DNA from: Camelus dromedarius
Lineage: Eukaryota
DNA length: 64,000 nucleotides
Direction of reading: 5' to 3'
NCBI RefSeq assembly: GCF_036321535.1
Contig: NC_087436.1
Coordinates: 93,374,001-93,438,000 of the forward strand
Below, piece by piece: positions 26,860-38,900 of the stretch (positions within the stretch are counted from its first letter, which is position 1; each line of letters opens with the position of its first letter). The position numbers were made by a program, and so were the translations under genes. The notes beneath the pieces were generated by a model, which worked only from the letters and a program-made list of their open reading frames with translations, did not search any database and was not told the origin of the DNA.

Positions 26860-28175
26860 AATAAACTTTTATTGAAGTATATATGTAGAAAATATACAAA
26901 TCCTAAAAGAATACATCCCTTTATACAGCACCCAGATCAGAAAATATTACCAGGACCGCAGAAGCCTCTTCACACCCCTTTCCAATTACATAACCACCTA
27001 AAAGTAACCAGCATAGCACACGGAATAGTTTTGCCTGCCTTTGAACTTTATATGAATGAAGTCATACATACAATATACACTTCTTTGTGTTTCTCTTCTT
27101 GAGCTCATCTGTTGGTGAGATTCATCCACGTTGCTTTGTGTCTCGAAAGTATCTATAGAATTGTCTTATAGATTTGTCAGAGTTAGTTATATGTTCTGGA
27201 TACCAATCCTTTGTCAGATATGAAATACAGAATATCTTCTCTCATGTTACAGGTTTTTTCATTCTCTTAATGAGGTCTTTTAATGAAGGAAGTTCTTAGT
27301 TTTAAGTAGTCCAGTTTATCACATAATCTGTGGTTCATGCTTTTTGCATCTTGTTTGAGAAATTATTGTCGACACCAAGGCCATGAAAATATTTTCCTTT
27401 TTTTCTTTTAGAAGCTTTGTTTTCCTACAGTACATATGGAGTTGATTTTTGCATATCATGTTGGAAGGCGGTCATAGTTCATTTTCTCCTCTGCAGTTAT
27501 CCAATCGATTCAGCACTATTTATTAAAGACCATTCTTTTCCTTGTACTTTATTGTCCCTTTGGCATAAGCCTAGTGACTTTATATGGTCTGTTTATGAAC
27601 TGTCTGTTCTGTTCCAGTCTCTTTGTCCATCCTTGCATCATCACTGTCTTAATTAAGTCTTAATATCTAGACCAAGCCTTGGCTGGCTTGGTCTTTTGCA
27701 CTTTCATATAAATTAGAATTATCAGTTTCCCCTATACAAAATCTTCAGAGACTTTGAGGAATTACATCAAACCTATAGATCATTTGGGGGAAAATGAACA
27801 TTTTAAAAATATGAAGTCCATCAATTCACAAACATGACATATTTCTCCATTTATTTCAGTCTTGTTATTTTATCTCAGTAATGTTGTGTAGTCTCTGGTA
27901 TACAAAGGCTAGCATTTTTTGTTAGTTTTTGTTTAGTTTCTATTTTGAAATAATTAGGCTTATAAAAGAGTTACAAAGATAGTACAGAGCTCCCATATCC
28001 CCAACACCCAGATTTGCCTTATGTTATTAACATCACAATACCTTGGTCAGAACTAAGAAAATTAACGTTAGTCAACATTAATGTCAACTGCAGACTATTC
28101 AGATTCCCCCCAGTTATCCCACTGTCACTTCTCTATCCCAGGAGCCAATTCAAATAACCACATGGCGTTTAGGTG
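26860..28175 (-). mobile_element. Cluster of old L1 fragments (L1ME/L1MC-like)
   Basis: T-rich strand; ctggataccaatcctttgtcagatat; ttttgaaataattaggcttataaaagagttacaaagatagtacagag. Confidence 0.7.
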
Positions 28176-28429
28176 GCCAGCATTTTTAGAGAGTGGATCC
28201 CTGTCGTGGTCAGCATCTGCTTAGCTCCCTCTTGATTCTCAGGAACTCCTATCACCTCTGGAGTTTCTGTTCCTCTTCTGCAGGGCTTGCCTACACTCGA
28301 GGAGTCTATCTGGCAGAAGGATGGTTGGGCAGATAAAAGTTACAGCTGATGATATTCCGTGGTGGTGAAAAAAAGTTTCTGCGCGGAACTCTTCTCTTCC
28401 AGAAAACTGCATACCTCACTCTGACACTC

Positions 28430-28730
28430 CATTTGGGCCTCTTTTCAAATGTCCTTCCTCAAAGATGTCTTCCTTGACCACTCCATCTAAAACAGCCCCC
28501 ATCACTGTTAGACCCTTTCCCTGCTTCATTTTTTTCTTCATAGGACTTACTGCCACCTGACATGACAGGTACCTGTTGGCACATTTATTGTGTGTCCCTC
28601 AGAGATGTAAGCTCTCTGAGGACCAGGGAAGTTTTCTCTCTCATTTCCTTTTGTATTCTCTGCATTTAGAACTATGCTTGGCACCTGACAGGCACTCAGT
28701 AATCTTTTTCTTAAATTACTGAATGAATGA
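28430..28730 (+). mobile_element. L2 3' end remnant
   Basis: tccttgaccactccatctaaaacagc...tgtaagctctctgaggaccaggga...gcttggcacctgacaggcactcagtaa...tgaatgaatg. Confidence 0.75.
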
Positions 28731-30544
28731 GTGTGCAGCTTTGTTCCCAAGGAGAGCCTTCAAAGAGGTTTAAGGGCTGGGAAAGGGTGTGCGAAAGTGC
28801 CTGCAATTGTAGAAAGCCTTGTAGTCCCTGGAGGGGAATAGAAAGAACAAGGTATATGGAGTCAAAACCCACTCTGAATCCTCTCACCTACCAGTTTTTA
28901 GCTTTTTGGGGGAGCAAATTACTCTACATAGTCTCACCTATAAGATGGATACAGAAATCCTTATACTGCAATGTTCCTCTGAGAACTAAAGTCATTAACA
29001 TATGTGAACTGATGGTAGCTCGCGGAAGCATTCACAGGTACTCGGGAAGCAGTCTGTGTGCATGGCTATAGCACAGTAAGATTTGGGGAGCACTTTGAGG
29101 TTAAATAACTGAAACAAGGCAGGGACATGAAAACCAGGAGTTTTGTATTTGCAAAGGGCTTTAACTGTTTGCATGAATGCCTCAAATTTGTAGCTCCATC
29201 CCCTGATGAGAGACTTAAAAGAAAGGAGCCGGGGAAACACCCAAAGACTCAATAGAAACGAGAGAGCAAGGAGAGCAGAAGCACCGATGGGCTTTTGACC
29301 TGAGTGGCCAAGTGACAAGACGGACCCTGGGCCAGCAGTCTTAGGGTGATTTTGCGGCAAGATGGGGGTAAGCATCCATGCGTTTTCCTTGCCTTCCAGC
29401 CAGTCTTCTTCCATTTCAGCCAACACTGCCTTCTCTTTATTTATACTCCAGTTAAGAAGCTGCAGCCTTGCATAAAAGTCCACATAAACTCTTCATATAC
29501 CCTGCACATGTTTGACAAACAGAAAAGTGGACATCTGAGTATAATAAACCAAGTGGTTCATTAACAAAAAATATCCCACGTGTTTTAACTGGAGATTTAG
29601 TCTCTTCTGGTTACAAACAGCAGGACCCAACTCAAACCAGCTTTAAAAAAACAATTTAGTGGCTCACGTGAGCCTGCAGTCTGCAGAGTCCGGGCACAGC
29701 TAGGAGCTCGTGTCATTAGATCAGGACCCATTTGTCTATTTATAAGCTCTGTTTCCTCTGTGTTTGACTCCCTTCGGCTTTGGGAGTCCCCTTACTGCCA
29801 AACAATGGGAGCTCCTGGAGTCCCATACTTCCTGATTCACACCCACAGGAAAAAAATTAGGAACCTCCTTCTCTGAGAACTCAAGGAAAAGCCATAAGTT
29901 GAGTCTGATTGTCTCTGATTGGCCTGGCTTGAGCTGAATACCTATGAGCCCATCATTGACTCCAGGGTAATATCATGTTCTGATTAGTTCATATCTAGGC
30001 TCCATGCTCTCCTCTGAATTGGAAATGCAGCCCCACCTGAAGAACATGGGTCAAGGAGGGGTGAGGAAAGTTTGGTCCCTAGGGGAGGAACCAGGCTATT
30101 TGCCAGAGGTTGAGTGAATGCTGAAAAGAAAATGAACAGATATCTACTGTGCTATGTCTTTAAACTCATAGTCCCTGTTCTTTGTCCACAGGGCAACCAT
30201 TACTTTATAAGATTGAGGTCATTATTTTCTTAGGTTAAACCTATCTTGTTGGCTTTACTTCTGTAAAGGCCATATCTTTTGCAGATAGACCTAGTCAGGC
30301 TCACAGAAAGAATCATTTAAGCAGCTTAAATAAATCTGCCCAGTTGTGCAAAAAAAAAAAGAAAGAAAAGAAAAGAAAAAAATTATAAGAAGAAGGGAAA
30401 CTAACTTATATGGGAAAAGACAGAAAGTAGAGAGAGAAACAATGAACTGAAACTGGATGGAGAAAACGGCATAAGTAAGAAAGCACAGAGGAGCAAAGCC
30501 CATCAGAAATTCCAGTGCCTATATGAGCATTTTCTCCTTGCTTC

Positions 30545-30950
30545 TTATGTGGGGTTTCCTAGAAGCAGATCCAGGGAATGCTGTCAGGAGAGGTGGACTG
30601 AGGGAAGCAGCATAGGATTGGGGGCTGGTGGGGGACAGCTAAGGAAAGACGTCATCTCACTTGGGATTAGCTGGAATCTGATGCCACAGGAAAGTTCTGG
30701 AGCACAAACTGTACCACTGAGTCAATCCCACCTGCAGGCAAGGGATGGACTTTTGCACCTTGTGCCATTCCGTCATAGGGGTGGGGTAATCCCCTCTCTG
30801 GAAGACAGCTCCTGTTCAGCCAAGAGCAATTTTCCAGAGAAAGGAACAGCTGTTGGTGGTTATCAGCCAGCACTCACAGCCGCTAGTGGGTTGGGAATTG
30901 GCAGATGCAAAAGCTGGGGGAGGGAGTACCAACAGCATCCAGCACACCTA
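30545..30950 (-). mobile_element. ERVL-type LTR remnant (LTR33-like)
   Basis: ggggtttcctagaagcagat...aagttctggagcacaaactgtaccac...tatcagccagcactcacagc. Confidence 0.55.
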
Positions 30951-31109
30951 TGACCTGCTCCTCACTAACACTGCCTAGAACTCTCATCTGGGCTTTAATA
31001 CAACCTCCTATTTTATGACTGATTCTTACATCTGCTGAATACCTGCTCCCCTCCACTCGCACTACTGCTAACTCAGTTCAGCCCCTCATTGTCTATTCTC
31101 TAAAAATGA

Positions 31110-31545
31110 CCTTCTGGTTGTGTGGCGCCCAATAAACCATGCTTCCCTGTAGTCACGTCCTCTGTCATCTCCTCCCACATGGCTTTGAACAGTAACTGCA
31201 GTAGAAATGACCCTGTGCAACCTCCAAGGTAGGCCTGGAGAGGACTTGAAGCTTCAGCTTTTGCCTTCTTGGAATGCTCTCACCACTACATAAGAAAATG
31301 CGGCCTGGACGCCAAATAATGACCAACCACTCGTGATGAAAGAGAAGAGCCTTGAGACCATAAGGATAAAGAGGCCCGTCCAGCCCTCTGCTGACCTACC
31401 CGCTGAATGTCATCACATCAGTGAGCCCAGGTGGGACCAGCAGAGGAGACACCCAACTGATTCACAAAATTATGAGAAACAGATCATCGTTGTTCTCATT
31501 CACTCAGTTTGGGGTCATCTGTTATACAGGTTGACAACTAAAACA
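31110..31545 (+). mobile_element. MaLR LTR (MLT1G/H-like)
   Basis: gtccagccctctgctgacctacccgctgaatg...gagcccaggtgggaccagcagagg...ttgttatacaggttgacaactaaaaca. Confidence 0.7.
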
Positions 31546-31549
31546 CTCA

Positions 31550-32470
31550 CTTCTTGCTTTTATCCCTTCAAATCCATCCTCCACACTGCTTCCCCGTTCT
31601 TTCCAGAGCCTGTAACTGACCATACCTCTTCCCTACTTGAGAAAACCCTGATGAGCTTCTCTTTAGAGAATCAGGTGTCGGCCTCTGAGCCTGGCATGTG
31701 GCACAGGCAGCCCCCCACAACCTAGCCCTTGCTTACCGCTCCATCCCAGTCTTCAGTCGTGAAACCTACGCTCCAGCCACCATGAGCGCTGTCAGCCAAG
31801 GGGGGCTGAAGAGGGATTCCAGGAGGTGAGCGGCCCAACCAGAAAAACGTGCAAGGAGCCACCATCCCGCGAAACAAACTGCGCGAGGAGCCGGCATGGA
31901 GCACAACAGCACTATATTCTGGTTCAACAAGATGGCGCGTGCCCGCGTGGCGCACTTGTCCTGCTTTCATCTACTCTGCCCGCACATGAGCATTGTTCAT
32001 TTCTTTGTTCGTACTACTTACAGAATGCTACTAGCGCATGCGTACCTTTACTTTCTTTGTGCGTAAGGCTTACATAACTGGTGCGCGCGTACGTTTACCT
32101 CTTACCTCGTACACAAGCGAGTTGTTGTGACCTTGGACCTGGGTCCCACGCCCTACTCACTTAAGGCTGCCGACAAGTGTTCCCCCTTTCTCTGGTCACA
32201 CCATATTGTCACATGCTGTCCCCTGTCCATCACACAGCCAACCCAAGTCCAGGAGCGACTTCTCCTCCCAACCCTCCTCAGCTCCTTCGCAGAGTCAACC
32301 GCTCTTGTCTCTGTGTGCCTTCTTAACCGCCACTACAGCTCTTATCACGTTAGGCTTGTCCCCATCTCCTCCTACTGACGACAAACTCCTTCCTTGCGGG
32401 GGCCATGCTGTATTCCTTTGTGAACCCCCAGAACCTAGCTCAATGCCTGACAACGGCGGCTGACTGACTA
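31550..32470 (+). mobile_element. L2 remnant interrupted by the 31790-32175 insert
   Basis: ttcaaatccatcctccacactgct...ctccagccac before the insert; cccccagaacctagctcaatgcctgaca after it. Confidence 0.55.
31790..32175 (-). mobile_element. CpG-rich solo-LTR-like insertion, family not recognised
   Basis: TGT...ACA ends with imperfect terminal inverted repeats (TGTCAGCC / TGTCGGCAGCC), putative 5-bp TSD agcgc (31785-89) / agtgt (32176-80), internal degenerate repeats, and on the minus strand a TATA-like then AATATA order. Confidence 0.65.
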
Positions 32471-32506
32471 TGGAGTATTGCCAACTACATGCTTCTTGAG
32501 AGCAGG

Positions 32507-33224
32507 TGTTACAAAAGGAAACTACATTCAATAGCTTGTAATAACCTATAACAAAAAAGAATATGAAAAAGAAAATAGATGTGTGACTGAATCACTATGC
32601 TGTACACCAAAAACTAAAACAACATTATAAATCAACTCTGCTTCAATTTCAAAAAAAAAAAAAAAGGTTCATTTTGCCCAACGCGCAGCAGGACAAAATG
32701 CTGAGAAGCCAAGATTTGCGGCAAAGAGAGGGTTTATTTACAAGGCAGCCAAGTGAGGAGCAGAGAGAGCAAGTCTCAGACCCATCTCCCAGATGGCAAC
32801 GGGCTGGGAGTATTTATAGCATAAAGAGTAAAGAAGTAAGGCTGTCCGAGGCAAGGGGGAGCATGGGAAAATGTGATTGGAAAAAAGTGCAGTAATTGTC
32901 TTTCTGCACAGGCCTCTGCATATTCAAAAATGGAGGCACTTAGCACGATCTGAGGATGGAGTTTCTGCCCTCTGACATCCAAAAGTGACCGAGCAGACAC
33001 TCGCTCACGCCCAGTTGGAGGGCCAGTGGTCTTACCTAGTCTTCACCGGCTCAGCTTGAACTACACAGCTGACTCCAAATTCCTGGAAAACAACTTGGGC
33101 AAGCTTACTGTTTAAGCTCCTTGCTGCTTGGAGGACATGCAAGTCTTTTGCAGCAACAATTAAAACAACCCTGATTAGTGAAGGCAGGTGAAGTGGATTT
33201 GACTAATGATTACCCATGGTTTCA
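32507..33224 (-). mobile_element. ERV1-type solo LTR with nested L1 fragment
   Basis: TG...CA termini, perfect 4-bp TSD cagg (32503-06 / 33225-28), minus-strand TATAAATA (32811-32818) followed by AATAAA (32733-32738). Confidence 0.8.
32519..32661 (+). mobile_element. Short L1 3' end with polyA, inserted into the LTR
   Basis: actgaatcactatgctgtacacc...aacattataaatcaactctgcttcaat + A-run; flanking aaaagg duplication (32513-18 / 32662-67). Confidence 0.85.
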
Positions 33225-34006
33225 CAGGCATGAAACCTCGTGGTGCTCGGTTCAGAGTCTGAAACGTGGTAGGTAGTCATCAAATATTTAGTTGAGCAAT
33301 GGGAAATAGAAAAGTTAAGAACTGAAGAAGCAAAATGATAAAAAAAAAAAAAAACAAAAAACCAACAAAACACAAAAAACAAATTAGCAGGCAGCTAGGA
33401 GACAGAGTCTTCAGAAAGCCAAAGTCAATTAGAAGCTCTCAGGGTGGAAGAATTCTTACATTGTCTAAATACTTTGATTTTAGTTGGCTCTCAGTTTATC
33501 CCTCTATTTCTTTTTGAACCAAGTGGTAAATTTTAATAGAGGATGGAGTTTTAATAGAGGATAAAGGGCCCTGTGATGTGGTTTGCAGGCCGATATCACT
33601 GATGTTTTTCAGACACCTCCCCCCAGAGGCTCTGGCACAGACCCTGCTCGTAGATTGGGTTTGAGTGAGGTGGTGCCAAGACGGGGTCCAGGACGGCAGG
33701 AACTAACCATTCACAGCATTTCCATATGTTGTCTAATCTGCCATGATAAACTGGAGCCATTTCAGACAGGCCCGGAGCACACGCCTTCCTCTCTTCTTGG
33801 CCCTGGGGCAAGGAGATGAGAGATTTTCCCGGGATTTTACACTTGGTTTTATTGTTCAGAAAGCTCAAAGTGATTTCCATGTTCAGTCATTTAAATCAGG
33901 GGTGAGGCATGGGTTTGCATTCATTATAGTCCTAGTGCGTCACACTTTGTGCCACTAGTGAGAAGGAAGATTGGACAGTCAGGTCTATGTAAATAAGTTC
34001 CTAGAC

Positions 34007-34164
34007 CAGTTGTTCTCAAATGTTAGCTACGTCAGAATCACCTGGAGGACTTGTTAAAACAGACTGCTGAGCCCACCTTCAAGGTTTCTGATCGTTGGCC
34101 TTTCTAACAAGTTCCCAGGTGGTGCGAGTCCACCAGCTCAAAGACCACACTTGGAGAACTACTG
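34007..34164 (+). mobile_element. MER5A-like hAT MITE
   Basis: TIRs cagttgttctc / gagaactactg; 8-bp TSD tcctagac / ccctagac. Confidence 0.85.
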
Positions 34165-37100
34165 CCCTAGACCATGAACTTACACAGAAGGAATTGGCCT
34201 TTTATCTCTGTATGTGCAGTGCTGAGCACATAGTAAGTGTTCGTGTATGTTTTTTATTTGAATTACATGAAAGTTAATTATAATTGTTAGAAAGTGTATC
34301 CAAAAGTTATTCTATCATGTGTCTGTAATAGCATCTTTTTCTACTTCTTGGATTAAAGAAAAAGCAAATCTTCGTAGGGCTTAGTTCTCCCATTTATCTC
34401 CCCCAGCAATTTCTACTGCAGAGAGCAACTCAGATAACACTACTTCTGGCGACCACATAGAGTCTAGAGATACAGATCATTCAAGTAAGTTCTGGAAAAA
34501 GAACTTTGCCTAGTGGTGACCATAAAAAGTTCTTGATGTTGTATTTGTTTGGTTTCAAGTGACAGAAACACTCCTCTAAGCAACATGGAGAGAAAGCAGA
34601 ACTTACTGGTTTGCAGAACTCAAGAAAAGTTGGAACAACTAAACCAACTAAACCCAGCAGGGATGTGGCTGAGCCCAAGACTGGAACCAGGGTTCTAAAA
34701 CCAGCCAGTGCTCCCTTCTTGCTCCCTTCTCTCCTGGTCTCTCTTCTTATTCTCTCCATTTTGGCTCTGTTGGCTGTCACTGTAGACTGGCTTTCTGCAT
34801 ATTACAACAAATTCAAGGAAAAGACCCAGCTCAGCATGGATTAGGGCGCGGGGTCATATAAGAAAATGGCATCCCCCACAGTGGCCACGTTGGTGAGGAA
34901 GGGCACAGGTCTCACAGGAGTGAGCGTTAGAGACGTCAGTCACTGACGCTTTCAGCCAATGAAAACTTATATAAGTGTTGATAGGTCATGTCATAAACAT
35001 TCTTCTAAATCTTCTGTACCAACCAGATGTAACGACAGTCGAACACAATTTCCAACAGATCACTGGAGAACAGCTGAAGCCTGCAACCAAGAGAAAAAAG
35101 TAGCCTGGAATTGAGATGTACTTGAGAAGAATTCCAAACTACCCAATGGGGTATTTCATCTTGGTGCTTCTTTAAAACATACCCTCAAATGAGGGGGTTA
35201 TGAAATACAAGGCAGAAGTTCTCTAATATATACCAGACCCTACTCTGTGAAAAGTGATGTTTGAAAGGATGTCAGCATGGCTTTCCTAGATCTTTGCAAG
35301 AGAGGTTTTTCTGTTCCATTTCCACAGCAACCCGAAGTCAGGGCAAAATATTTCCTCTGCCTTAGGCTAACCTAAACCTGAACTTTTCATTCTGAAGAAT
35401 TCTAGCATGTGAGGCAGATTCCCAAATAAGATGGCAGTCAGTACTAGCCATTGTCCTTGAGACACACATGAAAATCAGCCCCATTCCTTTTACTCTCTGT
35501 TGGTTCTGAATGTTGTATGTTTTCAGTACTGTAGCATCCGTTTTAGTTTAGATGAAGGCCCAAGGACAGAGATCCTTTAGAAGAAACTGAACTGTAGCAA
35601 ACACTATGAGGCTGCTATTAAACAAGCTCATAAAACGTTAAGTTCAAGCTTACTCTGAAAATGAGTGTTTTCTCCCAAAATGCTGACTCCAGCGCTATGT
35701 TGGGGGATGAGACAACACAACAGTTTGTCTCTACCAAAATAGGTCACTAGTGCTGATTTCCAGTGGACACTAATGTTTCCAGCTGGTGATCGTTGTGGTG
35801 GCTTTCCTTTGCACGTGGCAATCACACAGGCAAAAATATCTGAGGTTTCCTGTTGTGTTTTTAGGCTGAAATTTAGTATTTACTTTTCTACGTGCTCCAC
35901 CTTCATGCTGTTTTGTTAAAGGTGGAAATCTAGCGGGTAGAGGAGTTCAAAATGTGTTGCTCTGATGAGAAATCAAACTATGAATAAATAAAATTTGATA
36001 AATTATTAATGTGGGGGAAAACTGACCATCAACCAAATAAAGTACGCTATCAAAATGTGAACATTTTCTTCAAATTGTACACTTGAGAGCAGGACAGAAA
36101 AATAAAAGATTAGTTAAGTCATATGAAGCAGCTCTTAATAACAAACAACAGAAGCAGAAGTAGAAAGTGTTTATTTGAAGACTGTGAGACCACTGGAACA
36201 TAATTTGCAGGGTTCAGATATACACACATCAAAGTGCATGGATTATTATCTAGGCAGTAGTTTACATTCCTCTTATAAATTTGGACTTATAAATTTTGTT
36301 ACTTCCCAAAGAGACAGAGTCTATCCCAATCATTAATTTTATCAACAATTACAATTTTCCATTCTGTGCCAGACCCTGAGATAATTACTGGAGATACAAC
36401 AATAAATAAAGCAAATCTTCTGTCTCCAGAAGTTCTTCGTCTAGCCAGGAGACAGACATGTAAATAAGTGATTTAGAGGGAGATTACTAATACTTATTAT
36501 TTAATTATCTCCTTCACAGCTAAGCACATTCAATAGCACTGAACTATTGAACCCTACCTGACCATGGCAGCCAAGATTCTAGGGACCAGAACAGGCAAAG
36601 CCAAGTAAGCAGCACTGTTACGGGTTTCTGCTTTGGCTGGACTTCTCTGTCTGGATCTGTACTGCATTTGATACAACTGAGGACTGTTTAAGGTGCTATG
36701 GGACAACAGCCCATGCCTGTGTCTATTTCCCCTGCACTCTCAACATAAGGAAAGAGTGTTTGGATGCTGGCAAGATAGAGAGAGAAGGACTTCATATGAC
36801 TGTGGAAGGCTGTTTAAAATTCCTGACTTGGACAGGCAGAGTAAAATAGAGGACTGCCTTGTATAGATATAAAGATTATCAAAATAAATGAATTTTGATT
36901 CATTCTAATTTATTATCAGACTCTTGCGTTATTCCTGGCAAGTCCAGAAGGTATCAGAATAGAATTTATCTTCTTGGAGTTTTCAGCTCTAGCTAGAACT
37001 GTATCCCAGTCAGAAGCAATCACTGAGCTTTCTTGTCTGAGACAAAAGTAGAAAAAGCTACCTAACGTCCTAATTAGGGTGGGACCAGGCTGGAGGATGC

Positions 37101-37429
37101 ACATGGCCCACCAGCACTGAATCCCAAGACTCAGTCTTGACCACTTTGCCAACTATGCCCCTTGGAGATGCCAAAGCTCACCAGGGACCTCTACTTCCCC
37201 CTCGACAACACCAAGCTGTCACTGGGGATTCTGTTTCTTTAGTTTGGGTACATTTTAATCCCTCTCTTTCTTCTTCTATGACTGTCTTCTCAGTCCTTTG
37301 AGCAGGCGAGTCCAGACATTTTACCTTTTCAATTTTCAGCTTCTAGATATAGTGCCATGTGGAACTGCACATGCCCAATGACTCAAGATGTTACCATGAA
37401 ACATGAGGCAATTTATTTTCATAAAGACT

Positions 37430-38378
37430 AGAAACAGTATCTAATGAGGAGTTAATAACCAAAATATTCAAGGAACTCATACAACTCAATAGCAAAAAAA
37501 CAAATAACCCAATTTAAAAATGGGCAAAGGGCATTTTTTCAAAGAAGACACACAAATGGCCAATAGGTAAATGGAAAGGTGCTCAACATCACTAATCATT
37601 ATGGAAATGCAAATCAAAACCACAATGAGATATTACCCCACATCCGTTAGGATGGCTACTATCAAAACAAATAAAAAACAAAAGAAGAAATAATGAGCAT
37701 TATTGAGAATGTGTAGAAACTGGAACCCATGTGCATTGCTAGTGAAAATGTAAAATGATACCGCTTCATGGAAAAGTATGGCAGGTTTTCAAAAGTTTTA
37801 AATAGAATTACCATACAATCCAGAAATTTCACTTCTGGGCACATATCCAAAAGAACTGAAAGTAGGATCTTGAGGAGATATTTGTACACCCATGTTCATA
37901 GCAGCATTATTCACAATAATCAAAAGATGGATGCAACTCAAGTGTCCATTAATGGATAAATGGATAAACAAAATGTGACACATCATACAATGAAATCTTA
38001 TTCCGCCTTAAAAAGGAAGAAAATTCTGACGCACACTACAGCCCAAATTAACCTCGAAGACATTATGCTAAGTAACATAAGCCAGCCACAAAACAACAAA
38101 TACTATATGATTCCACTTATGCGAGGTTCCTAGAATAGGCAAATCTACAGAGACAGAAAGCAGAGTGGTGATTCCAGGGGACTGAAAGAGGGCTATATGG
38201 AAATTTATTGTTAATGTGTAGACAGTTTCAGTTTTGCAAGATAAAGAGTCCTGGAGATGGATGGTGGTGATAGTTGAACAATAATGTGAATGTCCTTAAT
38301 GCCACTGAACTGTACACTTAAAATGGTTAAAATGTTAAATTTTATGTTATGTGTATTTTACCAAAATTTTTTAAAAAT
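37430..38378 (+). mobile_element. L1 (L1MB-like) 3' fragment
   Basis: aaatgcaaatcaaaaccacaatgagata...cccatgttcatagcagcattattcacaat...ccactgaactgtacacttaaaatggttaaaatg. Confidence 0.9.
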
Positions 38379-38669
38379 TTAAGGTTGTTGCAATAATCCA
38401 GGTGAGGAACACTGAAAGCCTGAGCTGAGAGTGTCAGTGGGGGCAGAGGGAGAAGACAAATTCTGAACACATTTGGGAGGCAACTCATTAAGGCTGGGTA
38501 TGGAGATGAGGGGCGGGACTCCAGGTTTCAGCCTCTAAAGTGAGCTGGAAAAGACAAATAGTTTCATCCACACTTTACAGGTGATGAAACTTAAGCCCAA
38601 AAAGATCTTCCACAGATTTCCACAGACTCATGGCCAGGAAATCTTTACTCTAAAATTTACTGATCTCAT

Positions 38670-38696
38670 ATGAAAACAAATATATGTATATGCATA

Positions 38697-38732
<36 letters not shown>

Positions 38733-38900
38733 TGTGTATATATATATGCATGACTGGGACATTATGCTGTATACCAGAAATTGACACAGTGTAACTGCCT
38801 ATACTTCAATTTAAAAATTAAATTCAATTAAATTTAAATTTAAATTTAAATTAAATTTAAAAATAAATTAAATTTAAAAAAGAAAAAAATAAAATAAAAT
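38670..38900 (+). mobile_element. Short L1 3' end containing (TG)n and an AT-rich palindromic tail
   Basis: (TG)n at 38701-38737, gactgggacattatgctgtataccagaaattgacacag, then (AAATTT)n-like tail. Confidence 0.8.

Noticed and set aside
31960..32125. Repeat-spacer-like appearance suggesting CRISPR or foreign DNA
   Set aside because: Only two clear, degenerate units with no unique spacers or cas genes, in a mammalian context; better explained as LTR U3 repeats.
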